Below, piece after piece: positions 39,265-52,520 of a DNA stretch of 64,000 bases. The number at the start of each line of letters is the position of its first letter. Position 1 is the first letter of the stretch. The stretch comes from Lama glama (lineage: Eukaryota): positions 38,690,001-38,754,000 of the forward strand of contig CM052817.1 in NCBI GenBank assembly GCA_028534125.1. The letters run 5' to 3'. The notes beneath the pieces were generated by a model, which made no database searches, had not been told where the DNA came from, and saw only the letters and a program-made list of their open reading frames with translations. The translations under genes were made by a program, and so were the position numbers.

Positions 39265-40693
39265 GTGAGTTCTTTGTTTTCATGCTTGACAACTCACCCT
39301 CTTTTTTTTTTTTTTTCCAATCCTCTTGGGGTTTTATGAAATTAAATTTATCATATCCAAATAGGATTTTACAGTAATCATTGTATTCTTCTAATTCTTC
39401 TTACACATTATTCCATGCTTCTCACAACATCTCTATAAAGAGGTTAATGTTTCCATTGTACACATGAGGAAATGCCTGACTTATCTTTGTCATGTCCTAA
39501 CACACACAGATCGTGGTACCATTGGTACAGCACACTGGGCAAGGAGATGGCCTGCCTGTGGCCACAGGGTAGCAGCCCAGGAGCTCCAGCCCCACAGGCC
39601 CAGCCCAACACTCCTGTAACCCACGTTAGGGAAACTCTGGCTAAGGAAGAATCACCTCAGATTCACATAAGTTCCCTTAGCTAACAGGGAATAAGGCACA
39701 TGTAAAATACTTTAAAATTTTTCTAATTTTTATGGAAAATAAGGAAATATTGGCATTTTCAGGATAATATGTATTACCTTCCCACTTGATTTATTCTGCA
39801 GATTGCTCTCCCTTCCTCCCCCTTTAAACCAGCCTTAAGCATCTGTCATGATATATATGCCATGTGATCATTTGTGTGCGATTTGGATACCTGATTATTG
39901 ACCTGTGACGTTTTGGGGATGAAGGAAGTTTATTCAACCTTCTAAAATCCAGAATAGAATTACCTATCAAAGTCCATACTAGTCTTGAGAATGGCAATTG
40001 TCTAAATTACTATGGACTTTCAAACACCTCACGGAGTTTCTGAAAGTGACTGTGACACCAGTCATACTACCGTTGACAGGCCACAGGAGAAACAGCGCGT
40101 ATTCCCAATTAACCGTATCCTGAAACTAGTTACTAGCCTGAAGTGAGTAGCACTTGGTTTTTTTTCCCCCCTTTGGAATGGCTTGTTTCCTTTTTTATTT
40201 GCTGGTTTGTTTTGTTGTTTTAAATCAGAAAGGAGTCAGACCAACTTGCCCTAATTGAACTAGAACTGTCAGAGCTTTAGCATAGAGGGCCCACATCCCA
40301 GGAATTCCTCAGTCCAGGGCAAAAGGAGGTGTTTATTCACCCTGAGTAACCTGCAGATAGTCCTAAAGTGGACCATTGTTTTCAAGTATCTGTGACCGTA
40401 CCCGATGACTATCAAAATACCAGTCTACTTGCTGTTGATGGTAGCTATCAATGCCTCTCTATATTACTGTCCAAAACTTGGTTTGGTTTGCAATAACATG
40501 TGAAATAGTAGTGCATAATTGGAGCATTTCTAAATTTTATTCATATTTTCTGTAGGTATTATATTTTTCTTTCTCAGTTGTGAGCAGAGGCTGTGTCCTA
40601 CCTAACCTAACACACAGTGGAAAGTCAGTAAATGTGTATTAACTTAAACGTACACAGATGGGTAGATGTCCTTAGAAGTACAAGGATCCAGAG

Positions 40694-40752
40694 TAACCTA
40701 ATCACTTAAAAAATTACGAATATTAACCTAATCACTTAAAAATTGTGAATAT
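40694..40752. repeat. Tandem duplication of a ~30-bp unit
   Basis: taacctaatcacttaaaaaattacgaatat followed by taacctaatcacttaaaaattgtgaatat. Confidence 0.9.
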
Positions 40753-41559
40753 TGCCAATTACCTTTTAATCTATCAATTACAAGATGAAAATGAAAAATC
40801 ATATCATTTTGCTTAATTGGAAGGGTTAGCTAGTAATAATCCAATTGGGAAAAGAGACATCTTAAAAGAAAATTCAGTGTTATGTTTTGAGCTGACTTGT
40901 TTCCGTGCCATTTTCTGTTGGCAGCAGTGAGATACAGGGATGACTAAAGCATGGTCCTGAATCAACAAGTTGTAGATGAGGCGGATGAAGATAATACTAT
41001 GAAATGCAATGATGGGCTGTATGTAGTGCTGTGAAAATAGAAATGTGGGAGCTATAAATTTTGTAGGTGAAGGTAGGAGGAAAGATGAATAATTAAGGAA
41101 AGTTTCAGGCATGAACAGACACTTGAACTGAGAGTTAGTTGGAGACATGGGCCTAGAAATAATAAATTGAGAAGAGCAAGGGGCTTTTGAGTGTTAAGGG
41201 AGGGAAATGATCATGGATATGTAGAAAGGGGCCAGATCTTGCAAAAGATTGTTCATTAAGCTCTCTCTCCTCCCCATTACCTGGCTGCTGCATTATTTCA
41301 GGCCCCATCTCTCATGGTTTTCTGTACTAGTTTCCTAATTACCCTCGCTTCCCTGCTCTTTAATCTATTATCTATACTACCATCAGCTAATTTTCTGAAA
41401 TCTGGTTCTATTACTCCTTTGTTTGTAACACTTCATTAGGTCCCCAGTGCCAGCAAAATAAAGTTAAAGTAGAATGGGAAACCACATGCACAGGTCGCAC
41501 AGCATTATACACCTGAGGACTGCTTAACCAGCTCTCTGGCTCGAGGCAGGGTGTGGAAG

Positions 41560-41720
41560 TGATGAGCCTCAACTGCTTCCTTTGTAAAGTGAGGGTCATA
41601 CAGTAATAGAATCTACCTTGTGTGATTGACTTGAGGATTAGATGAGACATGTATTTAAAGTGCTTAGCCTTATGTCTGTTCTATAATAAACACTCACTGA
41701 AGATTAGACATTATTATTTT
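41560..41720 (+). mobile_element. MIR SINE core and tail
   Basis: gagcctcaactgcttcctttgtaaagtgaggg...gaggattagatgagacatgtatttaaagtgcttagc. Confidence 0.7.
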
Positions 41721-42746
41721 GGCTTTTCAGAAACTTTGAACTCAGGTTCCTGAAACATACTATACCATATGGCCCAACCTCCTGTATACCCTCTCAGGTG
41801 ATCTTTCCTCTCTTATTTTAACTCCTACGCTTTTTCATTCCACTCCTGGCAGTATTGATTGTTCCCTTTTATATTAGTCTGAATGTACCACCATTATTAC
41901 ACTTAAGAGGTAAACTTACAGTTTTTGGCAAACCTTGGTAACTGCAGTCTTCTGAAGGGCAGGGGTGCTTCACGATCGCATGCCCAGCTTCCAACACACT
42001 GACTGACATGCCCTAGCATTCAGTAAATATTAAATAGAAAGGTTAATAAACTAATCAACAAATGACTCTAATTTGTTGATCTTCAGCATGGAAAAACTTT
42101 TTATTCCAAACTGCACTATGGAAAGATTTTGATTATTATTATAGCATTCATCTTAACAATACTGAAATGTCCCCCAAAAGAAGGCCTGAAATTTCTTCCT
42201 CTAGTAATCTTTGAAAATAATGTAGAAATAGTTTTGTGTGCCAGTGATGGCTGTATCCTTCAAGTGCCCTTCCAACCATGGGAATCTACAATAAGAATAA
42301 AATAAAAGTGATAGTAAAGCAACTACTAATATATAGTTTAGTACTTAATATTATCTTTGCATTTATTATCTTACATAACCCTCATATTAATCCTAAGAGG
42401 TGTGCACCATTATATCCATTTTATAGGAGAAGAAAAAAAGAGGTAGTAAAATTAGTTTGTGCAATTTCACGGTTAGGTTTCTTTTTCCTAAATCCTAAAG
42501 CTTACGTTCTTTGAAGCATGCTGCCTCAACTTAATAAATAATAAACATCTCAATATTTGATTAAGACAAACAGAAAATGAGTATTCATCAGCATGGAGTC
42601 ATTTTAAATTTTTTCCAGTCATTTAAAAAGTTATTTTGATAAATAATTTTCTGGCTTAAAATTTGTGAGTTTCCTTACCTATACCAAGTACAGTTACGTC
42701 TGTTTGTCTGTTTATCTATTCACTTACTTACTGGTTTGTTTTCCAG

Positions 42747-42908
42747 AAAACCGTGGACTGCATGACAACGATGTCAGTGCCTTCCACCCTGGTTAAGTGT
42801 TTATATCTGTTTTTTGACCTTCCACATGTGCCTGAGGCAGTTGGAGGTGCACAGAATGAGCTACCTCTAGCAGAACGTCGTGGACTACTCCAGAAAGTTT
42901 TTGTACAG
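42747..42908 (+). CDS. WDFY3: WDFY3 coding exon 4 (KTVDCMTTMSVPSTLVKCLYLFFDLPH...LLQKVFVQ)
   Basis: Acceptor gttttccag|AAA, donor CAG|gtatgg. 162 nt, phase 0 to 0. Confidence 0.96.
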
Positions 42909-43549
42909 GTATGGACGGTGCTGTTTGCCTGGCCATCTGTCCCAGTCTATTTAAAGTACACTAGGTATACTCCTTAAATAGATGCTCTGCCTGTACCATT
43001 TTCTATGGTATTTCATACTGTTTATTATAAACTTAGTTCATCTCTTCTAACAGTCACATTTCTTGAATCTGCACATTTCTTTTGAGAAGTATTTGAGTGA
43101 GGGATTAACAAGTTTGTTTCTCAACAGACATTCAATTATTAAGATTATCTTTGATACAGCAAAAACCCCTCTAAAATGAACTAAGCAGGGAAAACTTTTA
43201 TTGGTTATCATTATAAGTTTTGGGTAATATTTCTTCTAATGTCAAGAAAGTCCATTTTGTTGCTGTCTATATACAGGAAGTCCTTAGCCTATAAATATTT
43301 CCCTTAGAATAGACAGTTTATTTTAGTGGCCTCTGCCACTTCCTCTACTCCCTGCCTATAAAAACCCTTCTTTTCCACTGTTTCCACTCTTCTTTAAGTG
43401 GCATTAGCAGGTTAAGTAAACCTTTGTTAGCTAGCCTGGAAATACTGTCATCATTTTGATATTCTTTCTTGGGAGAACATTTTCAAAACAAGCAAAACTA
43501 CAAACATTTAGAGTATCTGTCCACAGGGAAATACAGTATTTAAAAATAC

Positions 43550-43823
43550 ATGTTTGACACAAAAAGGCAAATACTTTGTGATTCCATTTATAAGTAGTCA
43601 GACTGAAAAGTAGAGCATTGGTTGCTGGGGGCTGGGGGCTTGGGGGTAAGGAAAAGAATTGTTGTTCAGTGGTACAGAGTTTTAGTTTTGCACAATGAGA
43701 ATGTTCTTGAGGTGTGTTGCATAAAAGCGTGCGTGTAGTTAACACTGCTGTACTCTATACTTAAAAATGATTAAGATGATTAAATTTTCAGTTATGTGTT
43801 TTCACCTCAATTTTAAAAAAAAG
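43550..43823 (+). mobile_element. L1MB-like 3'UTR fragment
   Basis: ttggttgctgggggctggggg...gtacagagtttttagttttgcacaatgag...tatacttaaaaatgattaagatg followed by an A run. Confidence 0.8.
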
Positions 43824-45272
43824 CCCACACCTGTTTCAATCCAGTTGTCTGAAATAAAGTGCAGATTTCTCATCTCTAAAATGAAAATGATGACACCTAC
43901 CTAAAGGGTTTTGGGAGGATTAAGTGAAATGATACCCAGAGCTATGGTTCTCTGCTTCAGACATGGTAGACATGAGATAAAAATATTTATTGTTTAGTAA
44001 ATAATTGTGACTGCTGCTGTTGCCGCCGCCACCACCACCGGCATCACTGAGAGTAGGTCGAGAGAGCAGAGAGGACGGCAGGTCTGCGGTACTGAGGCAG
44101 AGCCCGGTACAGGTGACCATCACACCTCCTGTGACTGGGGGCCTTGCTGCAGGAATGACTTGGCTTTGCTGAGGTCTAGCAGTAAAGGTTGAGGAGAGGG
44201 AGACTAAAGCAGTTTAGAAAGGAAAAGACAGGATTATCAATACAATGCTAATACAACAAATATTTATTGAACACTTGATTTATTAAGGTACTGTGGTTAA
44301 CATCCCTTATCTCATGTTAATTTGCACAGCAGCCTGTGACTTCAGACCTTTTGTTTTCTCCAAAAATGATGATGTGAGTGAATGGCAGAAACAGGCTTAA
44401 AACTCAGTTTTATCTGACTTGTCAGTTAGATTAGATGAGAAAAACAGTGGGAATAAATAAAGGAAGAAATCACATAGGAATTAAAGCTGCTTTAAGACAT
44501 TGCTGACGAATGTAGTCGGTTAGTCTTTGCTAACCAGAGAAGAGCCCTATTTCAGTAAAGCCCTGCTGAAGAACTAGTTAATACCTTGGGCAATGAATGG
44601 AAGTTTAGCTTTATGTATTTAGTACTAAATAAATACAGCAAAGATTTCTTCTAAAACTTAAAAAAACTTTTTCCTTATATCTGAAAGCAGTGGGTGCTGA
44701 CTTTCAACTAAATGTGGGATTCATTTTAGTGTATTGGAATCATTGAGTGTTAAGGCCAAAATGAACTCGGAAGAGAATTTAAATGAAACTCCTCATGTCA
44801 TTTACAGTTATGGAAAGTGGTTGTGATCCGCAGCAGCTGCGTGGCGGTGATTAGAACCCAGCTCTCCTGCCTCCTAGTCCTGTGCTCCTTTAGGGCATCA
44901 CTTACCCTTTTTAGTGCCTCACCACAGGCTGGATGTTGTTTCCATCATTTTGTCTAGAAAACCAATGGAAACAAACTTACTAAATGTTTTCAGAACACAC
45001 AGTGTTTGTGAGAGATGAAATCCCTATGTTTATATTATGTGACAGATGGTTTCCTGGGACCTTAGCGGTTGGTACTGCTTCATGTAGGCACTCTTTTGTT
45101 TTGTTTTGTTTTTCATTTTCTTTGATGTGGCCAATTACTGCTCTGCCACACTTGGCTGGACTTAATAACAGAGTTCCTGCAAACAGAAGTGGTTAGTGTA
45201 GGGGCAGAAGAGGAATGAGATGTAGACTCTTCAGTTTTCTATTTAATAAATTGAAAAGATTATACTAGATTA

Positions 45273-47182
45273 ATTTTTAATTTTTTAAATAAAGTATAGT
45301 TGATTTATAGTGTTTCAGGTATACAACAAAGTGCTTCAGTTATATATACATGTATTTATTTATATATAAGTAAAATCTTTTTCAGATTCTTTTCCATTTT
45401 AAGTTATTACAAGATAGTGAATAGAGTTCCCTGTGCTGTGTAGTAGGTCTTTGTTTATCTATTTTATGTACAGTAGGGTGTATCTATTAAACCCAAATTC
45501 CCAATTTATCCCCTGACCACTTTCCCCTCTGGTAACCATAAGTTTGTTTTCTATGTCTGTGAGTCTGTTTCTGTTTTGTAAAGAAGTTCATTTTGTATCA
45601 TCTTGTTAGATTCCACATATAAGTGATATATGATATTTGTCTTTCTCTGTCTGGTTTCACTTAGTATGATCATCTCTAGGTCCACCCATGTTGCTGCAAA
45701 TGGCATTATTTCATTCCTTTTTATGGCTGAGTAATATTCTGTTATATATAAATCTCACAACTTCCCTGGCCATACATCTATTGATGGACATTTAGGTTGC
45801 TTCCATGTCTTGGCTATTGTATATAATGCTGCTGTGATCATTGGGGTGCATGTATCTTTTTGAATTAGGGTTCCCTCTGGATATATACCCAGGAATGGGA
45901 TTGCTGAATCATAGGATAAGTCTATTTTTAGTTTTTTAAGGAATCTCCATACTGTTTTCCATAGTTGCTGCACCAAATTACATTCCCACCAACACTGAAG
46001 GAGGGTTCCCTTTTCTCCATACCCTCTCTAGCATTTTGTGGACTTTTAAAATGGTGGCCATTCTGACTTGTGTGAGTTAATATCTTATTATAGTTTTGAT
46101 TTGAATTTCTCTACTAATTAGTGATGTGGAGCATCTTTTCATGTGCCTATTGGCCATTGTATGTCTTCTTTGGAGAAATGTCTATTTAGGTCTTATACTT
46201 ACTTTTTGATTGAGTTGTTTGGGGTTTTTTTGATACTGAGTTGTATAAGCTGTTCATTTATTTTGGAAATTAAGCCCTTGTTGGTTGCATTGTTTGCAAA
46301 TATTTTTTCCCATTCTATAGGTTCTCTTATTTTCTTTATGGTTTCCTTTTCTGTGCAAAAGCTTTTAAGTTTTATTAGGTTCCGTTTGTTTGTTTTTTCT
46401 TTTGTTTCCATTACTGTAAGAGACTGATTCAAAAAAATATTGCTGTGATTTATGTCAGTATTCTGCCTATGTTTTCCTTCAGGAGTTTTATAGTATCTGG
46501 TCTTACATTTAGGTCTTTAATCCATTTCTTTGAGTTTATCTTTTATATGGTGTTAGAGAATGTTCTGATTTTATCCTTTTACATGTAGCTGTCCCATTTT
46601 CCCAGCACCACTTATTGAAGAGACTTTCTTTTCTCCATTGTACATTCTTACCTCTTTTGTCATAGGCTAATTGACAGTAAGTGCGTGGATTTATTTTTGG
46701 ACTTTCCATCCTGTTCCATTGATCTGTGTGTCTGTTTTTGTGCCAGTACCACACACTTGATGACTGTAGCTTTGTAGTATAGTCTGAAGTCAGGGAGAGT
46801 GATTTCCTCCAGCTTCATCCTTCTTTCTCAAGATTGTTTTGGCCCTTTTGGATCTTTTCGGTTTCCACACAAATTAAAAAAATTTTTTTGTTCCAGTTTT
46901 GTGAAAAATGTCATTGATAATTTGATAGGGATTGTGTTGAATCTGTATATTGCCTTGGGTAGTATGGTCATTTTAACAATATTGATTTTTCCAAGTCAAG
47001 AACATGGTATATGTTTCCATTTGTTTGTGTAGTCTTCAATTTCTTTCATCAGCATCTTTCAGTATTTGGAGTACAGGTCTCTTGTCCCCTTCAGTAGGTT
47101 TATTCCTAAGTATTTTATTCTTTTTGATGCAATGCAAATGGGATTGTTTCCTTAATTTCTCTTTCTGATATTTTGTTGTTAA
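45273..47182 (-). mobile_element. 5'-truncated L1 (~1.9 kb)
   Basis: ORF2 C-terminal peptides ([41 protein letters not shown]). TSD tatactagatta at 45261-45272 and 47183-47194, extendable through tttttaa with one indel. Confidence 0.95.
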
Positions 47183-48678
47183 TATACTAGATTATTTTTA
47201 AGAATCCTTTTGCTTTTGAAGATTAAGAACTAGTTACCTTAAGAGTCAACATCACAAAGTTAAATCTAGCTTATTTTTGAGAACCATGATTTGATTTGGA
47301 AATAAGTATTTTATTTTGGGGTTTGTTTTTATGTTACAAATTAAAGAAATGACCATCTTTCCTTCTAATCACATAAGGGCAGTGTGAGAATCAACAAAAA
47401 GTACAATCAGCAATACACCCTTCTGAGCATATATTTTTTGGCTACAATTGGCTGTCTTTTTTTCATGTATCTTTTTTATTGAATTGGACACATATGGGAA
47501 AAGTTACACATACTACATGTATTAATGGAAATCTGGTATTCAGTCATTTCTCCAGGCATTTTTTGGTTGGAGGATGCTTGTACTTACTGATTTTATAAAT
47601 GTTTTGTTGTTTCTCCGAATGCTTGATCTTTTTTTCCTGTTATGTGTTAGCTGTGAATGAGAAAATCTTACATTTAAGTAAAATTTTGCATTGAAGGAAA
47701 TTGGAAAAGCAAGACCTAGCCCTCTCAGACAAAATACGGTATTTTAAATACTTTTTTCTGTTTAGCATTTTCCCCATAGATATTAAAATACTCAAATTCC
47801 ATGAAGTTACTGTAAGAGAATAAAATTATTTTATAAATTATAGCTATTTTATTCATTTTGTTTATTTTTAAGAATATTTAGACGAAAAGATTTATTACAG
47901 AGAAAAAAGTTAACTTTTCTTGACACCAAATTGAGATTCAAAGAAAAAAATCCATTGAGGACAGAAAACATAGCTGAATTCCCCAAGTAGCAGGCAACCT
48001 TAGTGCTGTAAACGCTTATGTAATACGTATTTTGCAAATCATAGGTGAGGAATAAATTCTCATTCCAGAGTTTAAGACGTGTTGAATTTTCTTTGAAAGC
48101 CATGCTTCAGAAGATTTTTGGCTATCAGACATAATTAAAAGATACTTCTGAATTACGATGATTTTATTATTCTAATATTCCCTTCTACTTGTGTAGTAGG
48201 TAGAGCAATTTGAAAATGTTTTTAAAGATCTGTTCTTCCATCCTTGTCTCCCTAAAACTGTCCCTTTTAGAGAAGAAAATTACATTTTACCTATGACAGA
48301 CTAAGAATTAAAGAACCAAATTAGAAACTAAAATGTTGATCTTGAAAGTTACTGTTAATTTATTCCATTTCAGGGTAAGGTATGCAAAAATACATGGTGA
48401 AGAGAAGATAGTAAGCATAGAATGTTTTTTTGAAAAAAAATAAGCAGATAAAAGTAGGGGTGGTTAACTGTCTTACCATAAAACACTTCTAAATTATAGA
48501 TGTCTTTTTTAATGTTGCCAAAGTTAGAGCACTCATCATTGTGGCTTTAGTGATATTACTCAGTGCTGACCCTGAACTTTTGAAAGTTTTAATAATTAGA
48601 TCTAGTCCTTCTCCAGCTCCTTCCTTTCAGCAATCATTCTTTTATTTATATACGTATTTTCTTTGCTTGTTGTTTTAG

Positions 48679-48871
48679 ATCTTAGTGAAACTCTGCAGTT
48701 TTGTTTCTCCGGCGGAGGAGCTGGCTCAAAAAGATGATCTCCAGCTTTTATTCAGTGCAATAACCTCTTGGTGCCCTCCCTATAACCTGCCTTGGAGGAA
48801 GAGTGCCGGAGAAGTCCTTATGACCATATCCCGCCACGGTCTTAGTGTCAATGTTGTGAAGTATATACATG
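48679..48871 (+). CDS. WDFY3: WDFY3 coding exon 5 (ILVKLCSFVSPAEELAQKDD...VNVVKYIH)
   Basis: Acceptor tgttttag|ATC, donor CATG|gtgaat. 193 nt, phase 0 to 1. Confidence 0.96.
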
Positions 48872-50137
48872 GTGAATATCTGTTAACGTATTTATTTTAG
48901 GTCCTCTGAATTTCTTTCATTTTTTCTCTTCTCTCACATGGTGGCAGATTTATTTTTATCTCTCAGTCCTCCAAAGATTCCATTTTAAATTAAAAAGTAT
49001 ATTTGCCAGGAGAAAAAATTTATTTTTTATTTGTGAGGCATTTCAAATGTAAGAAATTCACATTAGTTCCAAATGATGGATATCTAAAAGAGTTAAAATA
49101 ATTGCATTAGCATGTAATTGATCAATCATAATATAATGAAAGTTCTTTGTCTTCTTTATCATAGCCTGTTCTTCTCTCCTCTTGCTGGAAAAAAAAAAGG
49201 CTTTTTTTCTATGCTATAGTTAGAAGTCTTTTTGAAGATATTTTGTAAGTAGGCAATCTGATGCAGATAAATGAAATTAGGTGGATTCTTTATCAGCACT
49301 ATGGAGAAATTGTTCATTCTTTTTAGCTCATATACGTATCAACTGTCCCTTAAAATGTCTAAATAGACATTTGTAGTATTATTTTGTGTATATATATATA
49401 TATATATATCACTAAAAAGTCTTTCAAAATAATTTTTAATACAACTGTTTGTTCACTTGCCTGACATCAGTCCATCATTAAAAGTTTTTTGCCTCTATTC
49501 CTATGTTAAATCCTCTTAGCTTTTGTTAAGTGACACTGGGTTTCTTGAGACAAATACATTTTATTAAAGATAAGCAAGGGAAGTCTTTGAAATGCCTACA
49601 ATCCCCAAAGTCAGTATTAACTGTTTTAAATTAGTAATATATAGTACAAACATAATTTTAAAATTTATTTCCTGAAATTTCTATATCTTACGGGTCTGTA
49701 TTTACTCTAATTTAAACTTTTAACTAGCTAATAGATTTTTTTCCTTAGACTTAAAAGATAGTTTTAATTTTTTTCTTCCTTTTACTATATTAATATAAAA
49801 GATCAAAAATATCATTTGGCAGCAGGCAGTCATTGTGTTTAATGACAAAACATAAATATGATATAAAAATGATAATAAATGTCAACTTATTTTAACACTT
49901 CCTGTGTTACCCTTTGTTTACTACTTTGAAGCAGAGCTTTCCTAGTGAATTTGAATCTTCTATTTACTTTTAGAATGTGTAACATTTGTCTTACAGTATT
50001 TTATAGATACATTAAAATTTAATGCCTCATTTAATGTTTTGTTAAACACCAGTTAAGAATGAAGAAAATGTTCTTAAGCAATTGACATGAATTATATATA
50101 TATATTTAATTCTTTTCTTTTTGTTTTTAATTAACAG

Positions 50138-50324
50138 AAAAAGAATGTTTATCTACATGTGTTCAGAATATGCAGCAGTCAGATGACCTGTCTCCCCTAG
50201 AAATTGTTGAAATGTTTGCTGGGCTTTCTTGTTTCCTCAAAGATTCCAGTGATGTTTCCCAAACTCTTTTGGATGATTTTCGGATATGGCAAGGATATAA
50301 TTTCCTTTGTGATCTCTTGCTTAG
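50138..50324 (+). CDS. WDFY3: WDFY3 coding exon 6 (EKECLSTCVQNMQQSDDLSPLE...FLCDLLLR)
   Basis: Acceptor ttaacag|AA, donor TTAG|gtaaaa. 187 nt, phase 1 to 2. Absent from the supplied ORF track. Confidence 0.96.
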
Positions 50325-51985
50325 GTAAAACCTTACAATTTAAGAATCTATTTTCAGTGTCTGCTCAGTCTTTTTAGCAGAAGAAATGATGTAGTTTGGG
50401 GTTATGGGAAAAAAGAAATCAACCAATCACTTATTTAATTTTAGCTTTAATCACTTCTTTTTATTCCTGTTCTGTCAAGAGGGTACAAAGTGAATTTAGC
50501 ATTAAATTGGGAAATGGAAGCTGCAAATGTGGAGTCAGTGGTTAGATGTGAAGAATAAATCCGCTCTTTAGTAAAGGGTGAGGAGTTTAAATGAGCTAAT
50601 TAACATCTTCCTAAAGTATAAACTCTTCTTGCTTAATTATATTTTTGGCTTTCCTTATTAGTAACCCCAGTGTTATTATTAATGTAGCTAATAACAAGAA
50701 TTATTATGCAGATTGAATGAAGACCTTACAAATGTATGTATAAAACAAATTAGTCAGTCTAAAAATCTTTCAGTAGCCTCCTCTTTCATCTCAAATGTTT
50801 GGTGCAGATACTGGCAAAATGGCTGATTACAAGTTTATTAGGAAGAAGATACTTATATCTCACTAGTTGCTTCCAGACCATTAAATCTTTTTAAATCATT
50901 TGATCTACTGTAAACCAGCACTATTTTGTAAACTTTTTATTTTTAATACCAGTTTGACCTAGTTGCCATTACTTAATACTAGGCAACCCTCAAGAATATA
51001 ACTTTGCATGTATATCCTAATTTGCAAATGATAATATATGAAAGTTAATGAAATAACCATTTCACATTACTAATTGATGAAATCCTTTGAGAATGCAGAT
51101 TGACCAGATAGTATCAAGAGCCTTAAAAATGTTGATATTCTTTGACACAATAATTTCACTTGTGGTTGTTGATCCTAAAGATAAAATTCTAAATGTGGAC
51201 AAAATTTTATGTATGTTAGTGCTTCTGTGTTCTGATTTCTACTAGCTGTCCCACTCTCCACTCCCCAAAGCCATGGTTGGCTCCTCATGGCCATTAAAAG
51301 CATACCTATGGTGAGTTTATACTAACATGGAGAGCCATGTACACAACACTCATAAGTGGGGGGGGAAAAAGGTTACAATATTCTGTGTATGGCATGAAAA
51401 TAATTGTTAAAATGAAACTTTCCACAGTTAGTTTAAAGAAATTAAGATTGTTTTCAAAAGTTGTTAGACTCTCAGCTTTACTTAAATGTACTCTAATGAG
51501 AGTATCTGACTTAATTAATGAAATAAAGATAAACTCTTGCAAATCTTCCCAAGGAATTCACTTTTAAAGTTGTTAACAGAAAATTTCTTAGAAAAGAAAT
51601 GGTTAATACGGTTTTTGATTGTAAGCAGTGAAACTTTTATCATCTTAGAACCTTAGGGAACTTTAGAGATATTTAATCTAATCCTTTAATGTTATATAGT
51701 CTTTCTACCAAAAATTAGTAATTACCTAAAATAACACTGTTACTGGCAAAATCAATATTTATCAGGTCTTCTGAGTATAGATAATAATTTCTTTCAAATA
51801 TAGTGTAATGCCTTATAGTAAAATTTATGGACTTAATAAAAAAAGTTTGTTTTTATATAGGAATAATGTAAGAAGAAATTTCTTGTGGTACTCTATACAT
51901 TCATTTATTGCATATAAAACCGAAAATTTCTGTATTAAATTTGAAAATACAAGAGAAAACATTTGCTAAATCACACTTTTCCTAG

Positions 51986-52152
51986 GTTGGAACAAGCAAA
52001 AGAGGCAGAATCCAAAGATGCCTTGAAAGACCTGGTTAATCTGATAACTTCCCTAACAACGTATGGTGTCAGTGAACTAAAACCAGCTGGTATTACCACA
52101 GGGGCACCCTTTTTATTGCCTGGATTTGCAGTACCTCAGCCAGCAGGCAAAG
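51986..52152 (+). CDS. WDFY3: WDFY3 coding exon 7 (LEQAKEAESKDALKDLVNL...VPQPAGK)
   Basis: Acceptor ttttcctag|G, donor AAAG|gtgagt. 167 nt, phase 2 to 1. Confidence 0.96.
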
Positions 52153-52373
52153 GTGAGTCTTTTTCTTTCCCCCCAATTCTGATCCACTCAAAGAAATAGA
52201 GAAAGAATGAATTAGTCTGACTTTTCTCTTTGTGTTATTTGTATAAAGGTAATATACTTTTTCATTAAAGTTGGTGCTTTTTATGGTGTAGTTTATTGAG
52301 TGACAGTCTTTAGCAGATGAAATACTTTAAAATAATATAAAAGTATCATAAAAGCAGTGGAATTTATATTTTA

Positions 52374-52520
52374 TTTTCACTTTGTTTGTTTATTGAAGGG
52401 GAGGTAATTAGGTTTCTTCATTTATTTATTTTTTTTTTTTGAGGAGGTAGTGGGGATTGAACCTAGGACCTCCTGCATGCTAAGCATGTGCTCTACCACT
52501 TGAGCTATACCTTCCCCCCT
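52374..52520 (-). mobile_element. tRNA-Ala-derived camelid SINE (vic-1-like)
   Basis: Minus strand GGGGGGAAGGTATAGCTCAAGTGGTAGAGCACATGCTTAGCATGCAGGAGGTCCTAGGTTCAATCCCCACTACCTCC plus A-rich tail. Degenerate TSD aattt(at/gc)atttta at 52361-52373 and 52523-52535. Confidence 0.92.

Noticed and set aside
45755..46754. ORFs with reverse-transcriptase-associated C-terminal motifs
   Set aside because: Frameshifted fragments of a dead 5'-truncated L1 ORF2, not a functional gene.
52441..52520. Apparent tRNA-Ala(AGC) genes (also near 2465, 10515, 29735)
   Set aside because: Acceptor stems are imperfect, and the copies carry a shared SINE tail and TSDs. They are SINEs, not tRNA genes.
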